Source of the DNA: Malacoraja senta
Taxonomy: Eukaryota
DNA length: 64,000 nucleotides
Direction: 5' to 3'
Assembly (NCBI GenBank): GCA_038087875.1
Contig: CM075988.1
Span: forward strand, 12,340,001-12,404,000
In this document: piece after piece, positions 12,076-24,760 of the stretch
Numbering within the stretch: position 1 is the stretch's first letter
How the letters are laid out: each line of letters opens with the position of its first letter
Notes under the pieces: generated by a model
What the model was told of the DNA's origin: nothing
Seen by the model: the letters and a program-made list of their open reading frames with translations, nothing else
The model's database searches: none
Made by a program: the position numbers and the translations under genes

Positions 12076-13430
12076 TGTAAATAGTTCGTTCTAAGCTTCC
12101 CCCCCCAGTCTAGTTACAGATAAAATAAAATACTGAGTCAAGCACTTGCGCATCTAAACTTTATTTTGGAAAAACACAATAACAGTTCCCCACTACTACA
12201 CCTAACCACCATGGGTTTGATCCTTGTATCTGCTTGGCCAAGCCATTCTAGCCTCATGCAAGCAGAGACACTCCTAAAGGTCACGCAGTCCCAAGCGTTC
12301 TTCCAGAAGATCAACACAGGACCTCGTGGGAGCTACCTTTTATAGGTCCCCGAAACCTGAGGGGCCGAAGCATATGGGGATGGTCTCTTTACAGTCCAAT
12401 AACAGATATCGATTCACACAGTACATGATAGACATTTCCCTAACCCAATAATACAGTAACCAATACATTGTATTCAAACGGAGCTTCTGGAAGGAAGCAA
12501 ACATAGCAACATTTGCCCAGATATTCAAGAAACCCAGACAAGGCACAACACTTAACCCAATGAACATCTAGCAAAGTAAAGGCTCTGTCTTACGTGTTTG
12601 CGGTCATCGGCGGTGAAGCGCGGCTTCGCCTGTAGAGTGGACCGCACGGCAACGGCGAGAGCGCCGAGCCTATCCACGGGAGCGCCGCATGGATGCTGCG
12701 CGGGGGCCGAGTGATTCAAATACGGCTGGTCCCACGTGCTTGCGGTAAGTAAAAAAAAAGGCGGGCCGACTGCGATGACGTCGGCCCGCCGCACGTGACT
12801 CACGAGCGGCGGCTGTGGCGGCGGCCGTCCTGATCGCGGCGCTGTAGCGGTGGCTGTGCCTGCGGCCGTGCCGCACACGTGCCTCACTGGCGGAGGCTGT
12901 GGCGGTGCAAGTATGACGCACACGGCGCTCGAGCCACACTGGCGGCGGCCGTGTGGGCGGCGGTGCAGCACTCGTGCATCACTGGTGGAGGTTGTGCGGT
13001 AGGAAAATATTTTTCAACAGTGTAGGTTTTATTTTAGCACCGTGCGGTGTTGGGAACACCACCGCACGGCCCCAGAATTGTGCGTTCTCACGACTGCACG
13101 GTCTATGGCGGCAGATTCTTCCCGTTTCACCGCCAATGACCGCAGACTCGTGAGACAGGCCTTTAAAGCTTTGCAACAATTTTTAGAATGTGCATGTCTA
13201 GTTTGCATTCACCCAATCAGTTTCAGGGAATTTAAACCTAATTGTAAGAATCTGCAGATGTCCCATTCTTTCCCTACAACTCTTATCTGGGCTCTAGACA
13301 AGCTGGCACCATTCTACAGCTTGTCCCATTTCTGCAGCAGGCATATTTAAATTGACCAAATGGCCTAGCAGCCCAGAAGCCTTTACTCAATTTTTGTGTC
13401 CTGGCACCTCCAATTTGGCCAGAATTAACA
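12076..13430 (-). mobile_element. Solo LTR (ERV/Gypsy-like) interrupted by a MITE
   Basis: Termini TGTAAAT...ATTAACA; minus-strand TATAAAA near 12340 and AATAAA near 12160. Both ends are homologous to 58980-59406. No matching TSD is seen. Confidence 0.7.
12580..13163. mobile_element. GC-rich PIF/Harbinger-type MITE
   Basis: About 40-bp TIRs (aggctctgtcttacgtgtttgcggtcatcggcggtgaa / ttcaccgccaatgaccgcagactcgtgagacaggcctt); TAA TSD at 12577-12579 and 13164-13166. Confidence 0.85.
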
Positions 13431-15389
13431 AACAACCTATGATCAAAGCCTTCTGGCCATCTTTTTCACAGCTGGATGCTTTAATACATTAAAATATTCT
13501 GGGGAAGGGCCATTGTTAGGATGCAATATTCAGGACATAATTGTGACTGATAGCATTTTAAATATTTCCACAAGACACCAAAGCTTTTTTTTACGGAAGA
13601 AAATTAACTACATGTAAAAATTAAATGAGCAGTTAATAGTTTGACATGGTTAATCTATTTGAATAATGACTGAGAAGTACCTTCAGAAAATCATCGCTCC
13701 TGCTGATGATGGCCTTGCACAGTAAATAAATTTCCTCAAATTAACTTGACCTGTGAAATGGATAATGTGAAGAAATATAATAGCATTCTCAAAATAAATA
13801 GCTGCTGTAGATCGTATAATTGTAAAAAATTTGCAATGTGTGAAAATCAAAACGCTGGGATTGAATATATAGTCCAAGCGATGGACTATCAAGGAAAGTA
13901 ACCAACTTGACTTTACAAATCTATCGTGCACTGACATACTTTGGGGCCTGTTTCTGGTTGCAAATTTACAGCAGAATGGTTGACTCTTAACCATTGTGCT
14001 GCAAGCAAACTATTAATCTCAACAGTGATCAGGGATTAGCGACAAATGTTGACCTTACCAGTCATATTCATATGTAATAAGTGAATAAGCTAAATCCCTG
14101 GTCACTGTTCTGTACATTTTTTTTCAGAGATAGCATTTTAGAAACTGCCTATTACTAAAATATTTTGTCTAACTTTCAATGTTTTAATCTTAAGTGTTCA
14201 ATGTTACACTCAGTACTTTAACAATCCATCATATTGATGGATAAGGAGAGGTTTGGCAGGTTTAGAGGGATATGTGCCAAATATGGGCAAATGGGACGAG
14301 CTTAAGTAGGGCATCTTAGTCGGCATGGACAAGTTGGGCCAAAGGGCCTGTTTCCATGCTGTAGGACTCTGTGGCTCTGTGATTCCAACAAGGTAGTTTT
14401 CCAGGGGATAAGGCTTCAGAACCAACAACTGCTACTTGATTCAATAATAAGTCCCAGAATTAGATCATCTACCATTGCAACTGTTATCCAATGGAGATCA
14501 TCAAATTATCAAATGCAATGTTAGGTTGAAAAACAGAGTAACAAAGAAAATACTAGACTCTTGGTTTTGGTATCCAAATGCTCATTAATGTCAGAAAATG
14601 AATCAAGCTTACTACTGGGGGAACTGCAGCTGAATAGTGAGAAGTGCTGAAAGGACCTAACACAATTTGAAACAAAAATTCACATCCTTCATAAGTGCTA
14701 CGCAAGTTTTAAAGCAACAGATTTATGTCAGGGCGATTTAAATTGAGGAAAAAATGAAATAAAAAGAAAGAACAAAAACGGTAAGAATAAATCCAAGTGT
14801 TGAAGGGATGTACACAAAAAGAAAAACAGGCGAGCAAATGCAGCTTATTCAAAAATAAGTGCACAAGCGATTTAAAGCTTTTCACAATTATATTAGAAGA
14901 CAGTTGCTCCAAGCAATCTAGATACCTTAAAAGGTAAATTTGCAGATAAAAGCAAGGAAATGCTTTCTTGCTAATCTTCAAGGTATAGAAATAAAATAGA
15001 ATGGAGCACCAGTTAATTAAACACATTGATATGCTATCTTTGTATCTTTAATATACTTTAGGACTGTTGAGAGGGCACATGTGAAGAGTTGAGGCCAGTG
15101 TAGATGAGCCATGATAATATTGAATGACAGGACTGGCTTGAAGGCCTTGTGACCTGCTCCTGCTTTCTTGTAGCTGTGACCTTGCTCATAATCCACCCCA
15201 CCCCCAATCCTTGCAAGCATCTCATTTGAGGGCAGAAATGCACAAAGGTTCAGGAGAAACATCAGTTTGGGAAAAAAAATCCAATAATAACAGGCAAACC
15301 TGAGGACCTAATCTTCCAATGAAAACTGAATTGCAAAATTGTCTCTTCAGTTGGAAGCTTCCAAATGTAACTCCGTTTTTACAAAGACA

Positions 15390-16370
15390 TTTAGGACAGA
15401 CATGTCTGTTCAAGATAATTTATCTGAATCTGTAACTCAAAATAACCTGATCAGAAAGAAACAGCATGGCTTGGGAAAAAGTGATTCAAGTCGAAGGAAC
15501 CTCAGTGGATATTTTAAGGAACTGTAGCAGTAAACTGGGAAATGTCATTGAACATAGTCTACAGGGCATTAGTGAGATTCTCCATGGGGAAACTCTAAGT
15601 TAACATTAAAACTCAAGGAATTGGTGTTAAAGTACTCTTCTAGTTGGGTGACTATCGAGGTGGTAAATGGCAGAGGGTAGGAATGCTACTGAGGCATTTG
15701 AGCTGTATGTATTCTGTGGTGTCCCATGGGATCTATACTGGAGCTTCAGTGGATCTTGACAGCAGTTAATAACTTGGATAATACAATACAGAGATATTTT
15801 ACCACGTTCACCATCGACACAGATTGGTTTGCACTATGTATAGTGAATGGATCTTAAAGTTACACATAAGTTGAATTAAGCAGATGAATATAAACACAGA
15901 TAATTTGATTTGGAAGAAAGGATAGATTATTTATTATTAATTAAAGTATGCAAAGATTGGAAGCCTACAAAACTAATCCTTAAAAATGTAGTGATCAGCG
16001 ACAAAACAATAAGACTGATGGAACATCAACATTTTGAAACAGAAGGCTAGATTAGAGAGGTGAGGAAATTTTACAACAGGCAGAGAAAGAGCAAACTTGA
16101 CAACACTTTGGAGATTCTAGCACCTGTTCCAGACATCGTGCCTTGGAAAAGATCCATCAACCTGGAAGTGAAAAGACCACAGATTCAGCTGTCATGTTGT
16201 CACAATTTTACGGGTTCGATATTGGTTAAACTAGGTTTGCATCTGTCGAATATGTCAAAGCTTGATGGGTGGTATAATTTAGGTTTTCATCTTCACACCT
16301 GGGTCAGGCCACAGTGACAGAGGATAGAAAGAAAATCTATCCAAAAATTAGAAGTGTGGACAAAACTCAA
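15390..16370 (+). mobile_element. Highly degraded CR1 LINE RT region
   Basis: Remnants of QHG (acagcatggc), GVPxGSILG (ggtgtcccatgggatctatactggag) and later CR1 motifs, in the correct order. Confidence 0.6.
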
Positions 16371-17335
16371 TATTGACTCAATTAATTGCAGTAAATCTGA
16401 AATCTTTACCTGTTGAATTTTACGAGATGTGAAGCTCAGCTGAGTGATTTGCTTCAGATATTTGGTAAAACAGGTTTGAGAGTCTGAATGATGTTCTGAA
16501 CACACAACAATCCTTGTTATAATCTTACTTCAGCAGCCATTTGCTACCCGGTGTGGTGGTTAATTGCTCACATGCTTGCACTGCATCTAGAATTGGCAAT
16601 TTGACCTGTTTCGACCTTGTTTTATTGGAAAAGAGGCAACCTGCTCAGTTTTCATCTGGAGAAAAATACTCGCAATTACATCTCATCCCAGTGGTCGGTC
16701 AAGCCAAGCAATTTTGTACCTTAAGCCAACTGTTGAGTGAACAAATCATTTGATAATTAAACTTCAAATAAAACACCATTACCATTTTTTGCTTCGCTGA
16801 CAACCTTAAATACTTTGAAATGTTAAATAATATTTCAGTGGAGATCCTGCAACTTCAGTGGAAGCTTAATGACAAATGTTTCATTTCAGTATTATTGTCC
16901 CCAGAGTTTCCCATTTGCCATCTGCTAAAGGTGGTGCAATGGTTTGGGAGACTCCCACAAGAAAATTTCCTGCAAAAATGATAACACTTTTTAATTTATT
17001 AATTTCTCCCACAGAGTTCAAGGCCAGGGTCGAATCATGCTGGCTTCACAATCGTCTGTTGCTGATCTAATTGCATAAAAATTGAAAATATGGATTTTCT
17101 GTGCTTTGCTACTTACTGGGAGCTGAATTGAATTTTAATTGCCGAGTTTGGTCTACAGTTAGAGCAGTGTGAGCCATCTTTCATTTTAATCAGTGCCATA
17201 GAGCATAACTATTTATTACCGCCTTTCTGGGCTGCGTCTAACCTCAGGTTTGCTGAGAGGAAAAGTAGGGAGCTGTTCACCAGTTCATTTTTGTTTATCT
17301 GGTATCTCTCTGCCTGAGGGATGACAGAGGGACTG

Positions 17336-17537
17336 ACTTTGGACTTTAGAGATACAGTGCAGAAACAGGCCCTTCAGCCCATCGATCCCGCTCAAACCAG
17401 TGATCACCCCATATACTAGAGCTATCCTACACACTAGAGACAATTTACCAAAGCCAATTAAACCTCCAAATCTGTACGTCTTTGTAGTGTGGGAGGAAAC
17501 CGAAGCACCTGGAAACATCCCATGCCATCACAGGGAG
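17336..17537 (-). mobile_element. V-SINE, 5' truncated
   Basis: Tail gagatacagtgcagaaacaggcccttc and V-domain gtgggaggaaaccgaagcacc. Confidence 0.85.
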
Positions 17538-17609
17538 ATTTTTAGATATTAAAGTAAACATGGGATTAGGGCTTGAACGTGGCATTAAACTAGAAGATCT
17601 TATATAACG

Positions 17610-18662
17610 GAAAAGCTAGTGTGTACCACTAGACTCAGGAATAGCTTCTTCTCTGTTATCAGGCATCTAAACGTAAGCCAGGGCACTGTCTGATTCACCT
17701 TTACCCCACTGTGGATATATTTGTCTATGGAACTACTGCGCTCCAATGCTGAATTATAACCTGCACTCTGCGTCTTCCCCTGCTCTACCCAAGAGTGGAA
17801 CTCGCTGTCAAAACATGGAGGGGACAGGGGACACACACAATTATTTGTCGGCCACGCGCGCATGCGCACACTCACACACACACGAGGCTTTGGAGGCTCA
17901 ATCCAGCACTAAAATCAGCTCAACTCTGCCTGTCTCGCCAGGTTAACTACAGCCCTGTCTGGACATCCGCGCTGGCCATAGCGCATGGCTTCTCCGCGCT
18001 GGCCATATTTCCCGCAAGTCCAGGAAGGGCTGTATGCTCACCTGGCGGGACAGGCAGAGTTGAGCTGGGTTTAAGGCTGCTTCTCTGCGCTGGCTGTGGG
18101 CCTGGGGGGCACCGTGCCCGTCTGACTCCCGACATCTCTGGCCACCTGTGGGGTGGAGGGGCACTCGGGACAGCACTGGAGACCGGGCCGGGATCGATCC
18201 TCGCTGCGGATGAAGCGCAGGTCTGTGCCACGTCTCCCTCCTCCAATTACCGCACTCTATCCTCAGTCCCACCCCCCCCCCCCTCCACTCCTCCCTGCTC
18301 CAATCATCGTGCTGAATCATCATGTCCCGCCCCCATTGCCTGCTGACCGACGTCTCTCTCGTCCAATCGCCGCCCTCGATCAGCAGTCCCACCCCCACTG
18401 CCTCGCGGAAAGCGGAGATTTCACCGGGTTTAAAAATCTGGATTACAAAATCTTGGGGGCGATGTCCCCCACCTCTCAAAACATGGGGGGGGGCGTGTCC
18501 CCCTCTGCTCCCCCCCCCCCCCCGAGATTTACTCCCCTGGCTCTACCTACTGTCTTTCAGTTTGACTTGATTGTATTTAGGTATTGTATTATCTGAATGG
18601 ATAGCATGCAAATCAAAGCTTTTCACTGCACCTCGATACACCTGACGATAATAAACTTAAAC
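17610..18662 (+). mobile_element. Rex1/Babar-like LINE 3' end split by a hAT element
   Basis: Encodes TTRLRNSFFSVIRHLN; the 3' UTR resumes after 18547 and ends agcttttcactgcacctcg...ataataaacttaaactt. Confidence 0.65.
17790..18539. mobile_element. GC-rich non-autonomous hAT-type DNA transposon
   Basis: Perfect 8-bp TSD gctctacc at 17782-17789 and 18540-18547; CA...TG ends with an imperfect TIR (caagagtggaactc / gagatttactcccctg); internal inverted repeat at about 17910-17945 and 18040-18074. Confidence 0.8.
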
Positions 18663-19159
18663 TTATTGGGTTACTCTTGCTCCTATTTCTGTTGCTTTTA
18701 CAAATTCTACCAGTCATGACATGAATGACTTTTCATTGAAAATTGTTGACAAATATTTGGTAGTTTAACTAGGCACTTATTGCAGATTAAATTACTTCAC
18801 ATAGTGTGAGCCTTCCTCCCAGGCAATAAAAAGAAAATACCTTTTACCTACAATCTCTCCCAGTGTTTTGTGTCACCACAATCAGCAATGCTGCAGTAGG
18901 GATGAAGGTTGAAATCATGGTAAGGTGGCAGGACTAAGTTATGCATGGGTCGAACAGATGCTGTGTAATCACACATTGTGATCCCAATTCACCTTTGTCA
19001 GTGCAATTCAATTAGGTCCCTTGTCCCCACTTGACATATTCTGCATGATTTAGCCTAATTCACTACTTTACTGTACAGCCACGACTCTTGCCTTATTATA
19101 CCTTACAATCCATACACTTTTCCAACTTCTGTGCATTTGGAGACAAATTGTGCATTAGG

Positions 19160-19447
19160 ATTAGTTTAGTTTAGAGATACAGTGCGGAAACTGGCCCTTC
19201 GTCCCATCAAGTCCGCGCCGACCACCCTGATCCCCGTACACTAGGGACAATTTACAATTTATTTTTACCAAAGCCAATTAACCTAAAAACCTGTACATCT
19301 TTGGAGTGTGGGCGGAAACCGGAGCACCTGGGGAAAACCCACACGGTAACGGGGAGAATGTACAAACTCCGTACAGATAGCACCAGTAGTTAGGATCGAA
19401 CCTGGTTTTCTGTCATTGGAAAGCAGCAACTTCTGCGCCATTGTCGG
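19160..19447 (-). mobile_element. V-SINE (HE1-like)
   Basis: (tttag)n tail, V-domain and head ggatcgaacctgg. Confidence 0.85.
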
Positions 19448-20917
19448 CCCGATCAGGGACAACGCAACATGTATTCATATTGTTGGACTGCTGGCTCTGA
19501 ATACTCAGCTCAAGGACAAAGGGAGCAATAGACTGTCCCATTTAAGTTCAATGCTGAACATAGTTAATCTCATGTGTCATTTTCTCTCAAATAAAGTTTA
19601 TTGCTTTCATGTACGATGAACAAATGATTTCCTGCCAGATATATTGGGTTTACTTTGGGAATCAACTTAAAGGAGAGCTAGAGAAGTAGCAAATGAAAAT
19701 CAAGCAAACTACAGGAGCTACTTTAGATATCTGAAATAGAAACAGAAAATCTCAGCAGGTCAGGCAGCATCTGTGGAAAGATAAACAGTTAATGTTTCAG
19801 ATTGCAGACACGTAATCATCAGGATTGAGAGAGAAGAAGCAACTTAAATTTGTAAGTAAGTCCAGAACATTTCTCTCTCAGTTCTGATGAAGGGTTGTCA
19901 ACCTGAAATGATAACTGGTTCTCTTTCCGAATATGCACCAGCACGTGCTGCGTTTTTCCAGAATGTGGGGCCGTACAGTGGAGTGACTGCATGGGTTTTC
20001 TCCAGGTGCTCTGGATTTAATTAGCCTCTGTAAATAGTTTAATTAGCCCTTACTGGGTAGGATAGAACTATTGTACAGAGTGATCATTGGTCAGAGCAGA
20101 CTTGATGGGCCTGTTTCCACACTGTATCTCTAAAGTCTGAAGTAAAGTCTGAAGTTTTGTTTTTATTATTTGTAGCCTCGCAGCAAGTTTACCGTGGGGA
20201 TGTCATGACTCTAGGTCGTAGATTGTTGAAGGTTGTGTCAGCCATTGGTGGGGTTACTCCACATGGAAGGTTGAGATTCAGATGTGGTGCCGGGATCATG
20301 TTCTCTGTGAACCGTTGCTTTCCCACTGTGGTCAATGGTCAATTCTATGATGGAACAGTGAGAAATGCAGGCACCTAACCTTCGGCATATCCCCCTACTC
20401 CGCATTTGTGATGAAATTCAATTGTCGATTTACTCAGGGAGTTAAAAGTGATTTTCACAGCTCTTAGTGGAAAGTGGATAATTATGTAGCATGAATTAAT
20501 AATAACCTCATTTCATTTATTGTGAGAAAATGAAAGTATATCTTTCCCGCTGCATGATTCCATGTTATTCTGCCTTTTGATGCTTGACGGTATCTTTGGG
20601 AAAATTCACATAATAGCTATAGTGTCGTAGTGAAGATGTCTTATTTCACATAGCTGCCAACGCCATTGCTTTAAATCTATTTAAATAGTAAGGCAAGGCC
20701 TAATGTGACACTGAAGCAAAGAGGAGCATGATTCACTGAGAGAGGCTGTGTCTCTGCTGTTTGCTTAGGATTGATTCTGACAGTCCATTTACACCGTGCA
20801 AGTTTGGCATTGATATGAGGCAGGGTTGCACGTTGGTGATGAATCACACTCACAGGCTTGTGTTTGCAGATACTTCGGTGACATTCACAGCACAGAATGC
20901 AGGAGTTAATGATTTCA

Positions 20918-21160
20918 GTGGTTTAAAAGGATGACAGACACAAAATGCTGGAGTAACTCAGTGCGTCAGGCAGCAAGTCTGGAGAAAAGAAATAGGTGAT
21001 GTTTTGGGTCGAGACCCTTCTTCAGACTAAAAGTCAGGGGAGAGGGAAACTGGAGGTATGAAAACATTCAGAACAAATCAAAACTGGCACCGATGACCAA
21101 GGAAAGGTGGAGCCCACAATGGTCCATTGTTGGTTGTGGAAGAGGTGATAATGAAGGGAT
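20918..21160 (-). mobile_element. Penelope-like element 3' terminal fragment
   Basis: gacacaaaatgctggagtaactcag...gggtcgagacccttcttcagact, followed by a G-rich UTR. Confidence 0.75.
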
Positions 21161-21404
21161 ATAAGGATGAAATGGATTCATATGGCAAAAGGAATAAAAG
21201 ACCATTCCCTGCATACAAGACACAACATGGTATTGGTCACAAGAATGTCATTTAATTAAAAAATCTAAATCTAAATTTAAATTTATGTTTAATTAAAATA
21301 AAATTAAGGATAAATGCTTTCTGTGAGGCAGTAGCAGTGAAGGATTAGTATGGAATTCCACTCTTTTTTATTTATTTATTGCCTCACTGGATGTCAAGTT
21401 TTTT

Positions 21405-21580
21405 TTAACCTACTACGCACTGCCCTAAATTCTCTTTGCAGGACTTTCTCTCCCTTCTTACCTATGCCATTGGTACCAGTGTGGGTCACCACCTCTGGTG
21501 CTCACCCTGCCCATTCAGAATGTCTGGTGCCCACTCGGAGACATCATTAACCTTGGCACAAGGGAGGCAACACACCATCC
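21405..21580 (-). mobile_element. CR1 ORF1 (SGNH esterase-like) fragment
   Basis: Minus strand encodes MVCCLPCAKVNDVSE...PEVVTHTGTNGIG (frameshifted), matching the CR1 ORF1 motifs VCCLPGA and VHxGTND. Confidence 0.7.
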
Positions 21581-21689
21581 TTCAAGTTTGGTTCTAGTCT
21601 CTAACCGTATGCTATCTTGTTATTCAAGAGAGCGAAAAGTGTATGAGGCAGCTTTGTGTCTTGTGTTGTGGGGAATGTGACTCACCAAC

Positions 21690-22595
21690 AGAGCTGCTGG
21701 AGAGATGATCAACAGCTTCAAGTTCCCAGGGATCCATACCTCATAATCTAACCTCAGACCTTCAAACTGGTGCAGTGATCCAGTAAATGCATCAGCCTAT
21801 TTACTTTCTTAGGTATCTGAGATTTCCACAAGAGTTTTCTTGAGCTTCTCAAGATGCACTGTAGAATATATTATGACAGGTTGCTTTTCAACCTGGTATT
21901 GCAACTCCTCTGCTCTTCACCACCTAAACCTGCAGAGAGTGGTAAACATAGCCCTGTTCATCACAGGCTTGTCACTTCCTTCCATCTAGTTCATGTTCAT
22001 GATGCATTGCATTAGGAAGACTGGAAGTATTGGCAAGGATGTCTGCCGCCTTGGTCTTTCCCTTTCCTCTCTTCTTCCCTCTGGACGAAGATAAAGGAAT
22101 TTTAAAATCTAGAATTCCAGACTTAAGAACAGCTCTTTCCGCACCGCTATCAGACTCTTGATGCAATCACCTCTTTCCAATCTCCTTCCCGGAGATGCTG
22201 CCATGTACTCCGACTCTTAAATCTATATTATTCAGTTATTGTGTAGTATGACTTCAGTAATTTTGTTGGACTGGAACATAGAACAATACAACACAGGATC
22301 AAGCCCTTCAGCCAACAATGTCCGTGCCGAACATGTTACCATGTTAAACTAATCTCCTCTGCCTGCACGTAATCCATATCACTCCATTCCCTGCATATCC
22401 AGATGCCTACCAAAAGCTTCTGAGATGTCACTACTTCAGATTGCACTGCAATCTTTGCACCATTCTGCTGATTTGCACTCATGGTTGTATTTATTTTTGC
22501 TTTATTCATTATTGGTTATGCTGTGTACTCTACAAGCTTCATATGAATAGGGAATATCATTGCACTGTGGTGTATATGACAATAAACCTAATCTT
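21690..22595 (+). mobile_element. Degraded Rex1/Babar-like LINE 3' region with an inserted CR1 tail (about 22275-22430)
   Basis: Remnants of SFKFxGI, FSRCTVEYIMTGCFSTWY, LQRVV and RLKNSSFR motifs. Confidence 0.65.
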
Positions 22596-24229
22596 GTGAT
22601 CGAATAGCAGACTTTGTGGACAGGTGCGGCTATGAGTCATGTAGCAGTAAGGATGAGATAATTTATGAATGTTAGGGGGAATCTGGATAGATAACCATTG
22701 ACATAAGGTTATTTTGAGTGACTTTGGTGATGCCTGAGACCACAGGTGTATCGGTCATTTGAATAGAATAACTTTGTTTGCTTGTGTGAGATCATTGAGT
22801 TCTTGCTTCCGGTAATGGAAGTTGACTCCTGCTATTAACTTCCACGGTTGTCAAAGTACAGGTTCCCTGCTGAAATGGAACATTTATCCGTGTTTCTGCC
22901 TCCACATCATGATCTCTTTTGCAGTACCTGAAAATGCTGTGTCATGTTGCCACCAAAGATACCTCCCTGCCATGTTGCTCCACTCAAAAGAACAGTTCAG
23001 CACAGGAGCAGGCCCTTCAGTTTACAGTGCCTGAGCTAAACACAATGCCATGTAAAACAGATCTCCTCTGCATGCACATGAACCATCGCCCTCTATTCCC
23101 AGCATATCCTTGTGCATATCCAAAAGACTCTTAAATGCCATTCTGTATAAAATATTTAACTTCCCCACATACCTCCTTTATACATTGCCCCTCTCACTTT
23201 CAAGCAATACCTTCTAGTCTTTGCCATTTTGACCCTGAAAAACATTTTCTGACCGACTACCCTTTCTGGGCCTCATAATTTCATTTTCCCCTTATGTGTA
23301 ATGTCCTCTAATCCAGGCATGAAGTGTATGATTTTACCTCCACCATTGAAACATGTGGCAAGCATGACAATTGTACAAAAGGGCGAGCAGTCCGTAACTT
23401 GTTTGCATTTCACTCAACAGACGTGAGTTCTCCCGTTTCATATCCTTGTGCCCATTTCCAAGGTCAGTCGATCTCAATACCCTCTTGTACAACAGCAACA
23501 GGTGAAATATGTTAAATCCACTGCTTATATGGCTCATGCTGAGTAACTCTGGGTCATTTATTGATATTGGGATTTGCAAACAACACTCAGTTCTTTTATT
23601 GAAAGTAGAACTATTTGTAGCTTCTCCCCAGATTTAGTTGCAAATTTATCTGACAAAGATTTCCTGTCAATTTTGCTTAACATGCCCTGATCCATGAATA
23701 TGTCAGCATATGTGTGGAAATAAATATCTCTGAAAACTGTCAGGTTTTAATTTTTTTGTAAATTAATACGAAGTGATAATGGCACTGCTGGATTATTGTT
23801 GTTTTTATTGATCTTTATGGATATTCTATCTCTGAGTGGAAGCATGTTCCAGTGTCTTCCAATGGTAATTGTTAATGCTTTGCCATAGTTTTCAAGATTT
23901 TTAAGTATAATGAGATGAAAATGGACAATGTACTATCTGAATGTCACTGAACAGAGACTTATCAACTGTCCAATTATTATTTTTTTATTTCCTAACGTGA
24001 CCTTTCATTAAATTATTTCAAGAATATGTCTGCCATGTGAATAGTAAATGTTCACAAAATATAACACAAATTCCACCAATTGTTAAGACACGCTCGGGTG
24101 AAGGGTGCTTTTGAATTCAAGTAAGGTTGATGCCATCATTGGGTTTGTTATATATAAAAAAATTAAGTTGGCATAAATGTTTACCCTTAAAACGTGGTGT
24201 TAAATTTGTGTATACTTCACATTCTGAAA

Positions 24230-24760
24230 GAACATAGAACAGAACAGCACAGGAATGGGCCCTTTGGCCCTCAATGTTTGTGCCAAACATGATGCCAAGT
24301 TAAATTGAACCCAACTGCCTGGTCCGTATGGTCCATATCCCTCTATTCCCTACACTTCCATGTGCTATCTAAATGCCACGATCATGGCACCAGCCCCCGC
24401 TACTCTCTGTGTAAAGCAACTTGCCACGAACATCCCCATTAAACTTTCCCCCTCTTGCTTTAAACTGTAGCTATGCCCTCTGGTGTTGGACATTTCCACC
24501 CTGGGGAAAAAAGATTCTGACTGTTTACCTTATCTATGCCTGTCATAATTTTTTTTCCCTCGATCAACTCTCCCTTCGACCTCCGACGTTTCAGAGAAAA
24601 CAATCCAAGTCTTTCCAACCTTTCCCTGTAGCTGAAACCCTCTAATCCAGGCAGCATTCTGGTTAACCTCCTTTGCATCCTCTCCAAAGCTGCCACATCT
24701 TTCCTGTAATGGGGCAACCAGAACTGCATGTAATACTCCAAATGTTGGACTGGCCCAGAG
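24230..24760 (-). mobile_element. CR1 LINE 3' fragment
   Basis: ORF 24460-24831 encodes HLEYYMQFWLPHYRKDVAALERMQRRLTRMLPGLEGFSYRERLERLGLFSL; the tail reads aacatagaacagaacag on the plus strand. Confidence 0.9.

Noticed and set aside
12552..13350. Overlapping GC-rich ORFs of 66-139 aa
   Set aside because: They lie largely within a MITE bounded by TIRs and a TSD; low stop-codon frequency in GC-rich DNA explains them.
17746..18596. ORFs of up to 183 aa on both strands
   Set aside because: They are contained in the non-autonomous hAT-type element, have no domain motifs and include low-complexity Pro/Gly runs.
20157..20378. Possible coding exon in unique sequence (73-aa plus ORF; alternative minus-strand frame ENMIPAPHLNLNLP...)
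   Set aside because: No recognisable protein similarity and weak splice context; it cannot be supported without expression or homology data.
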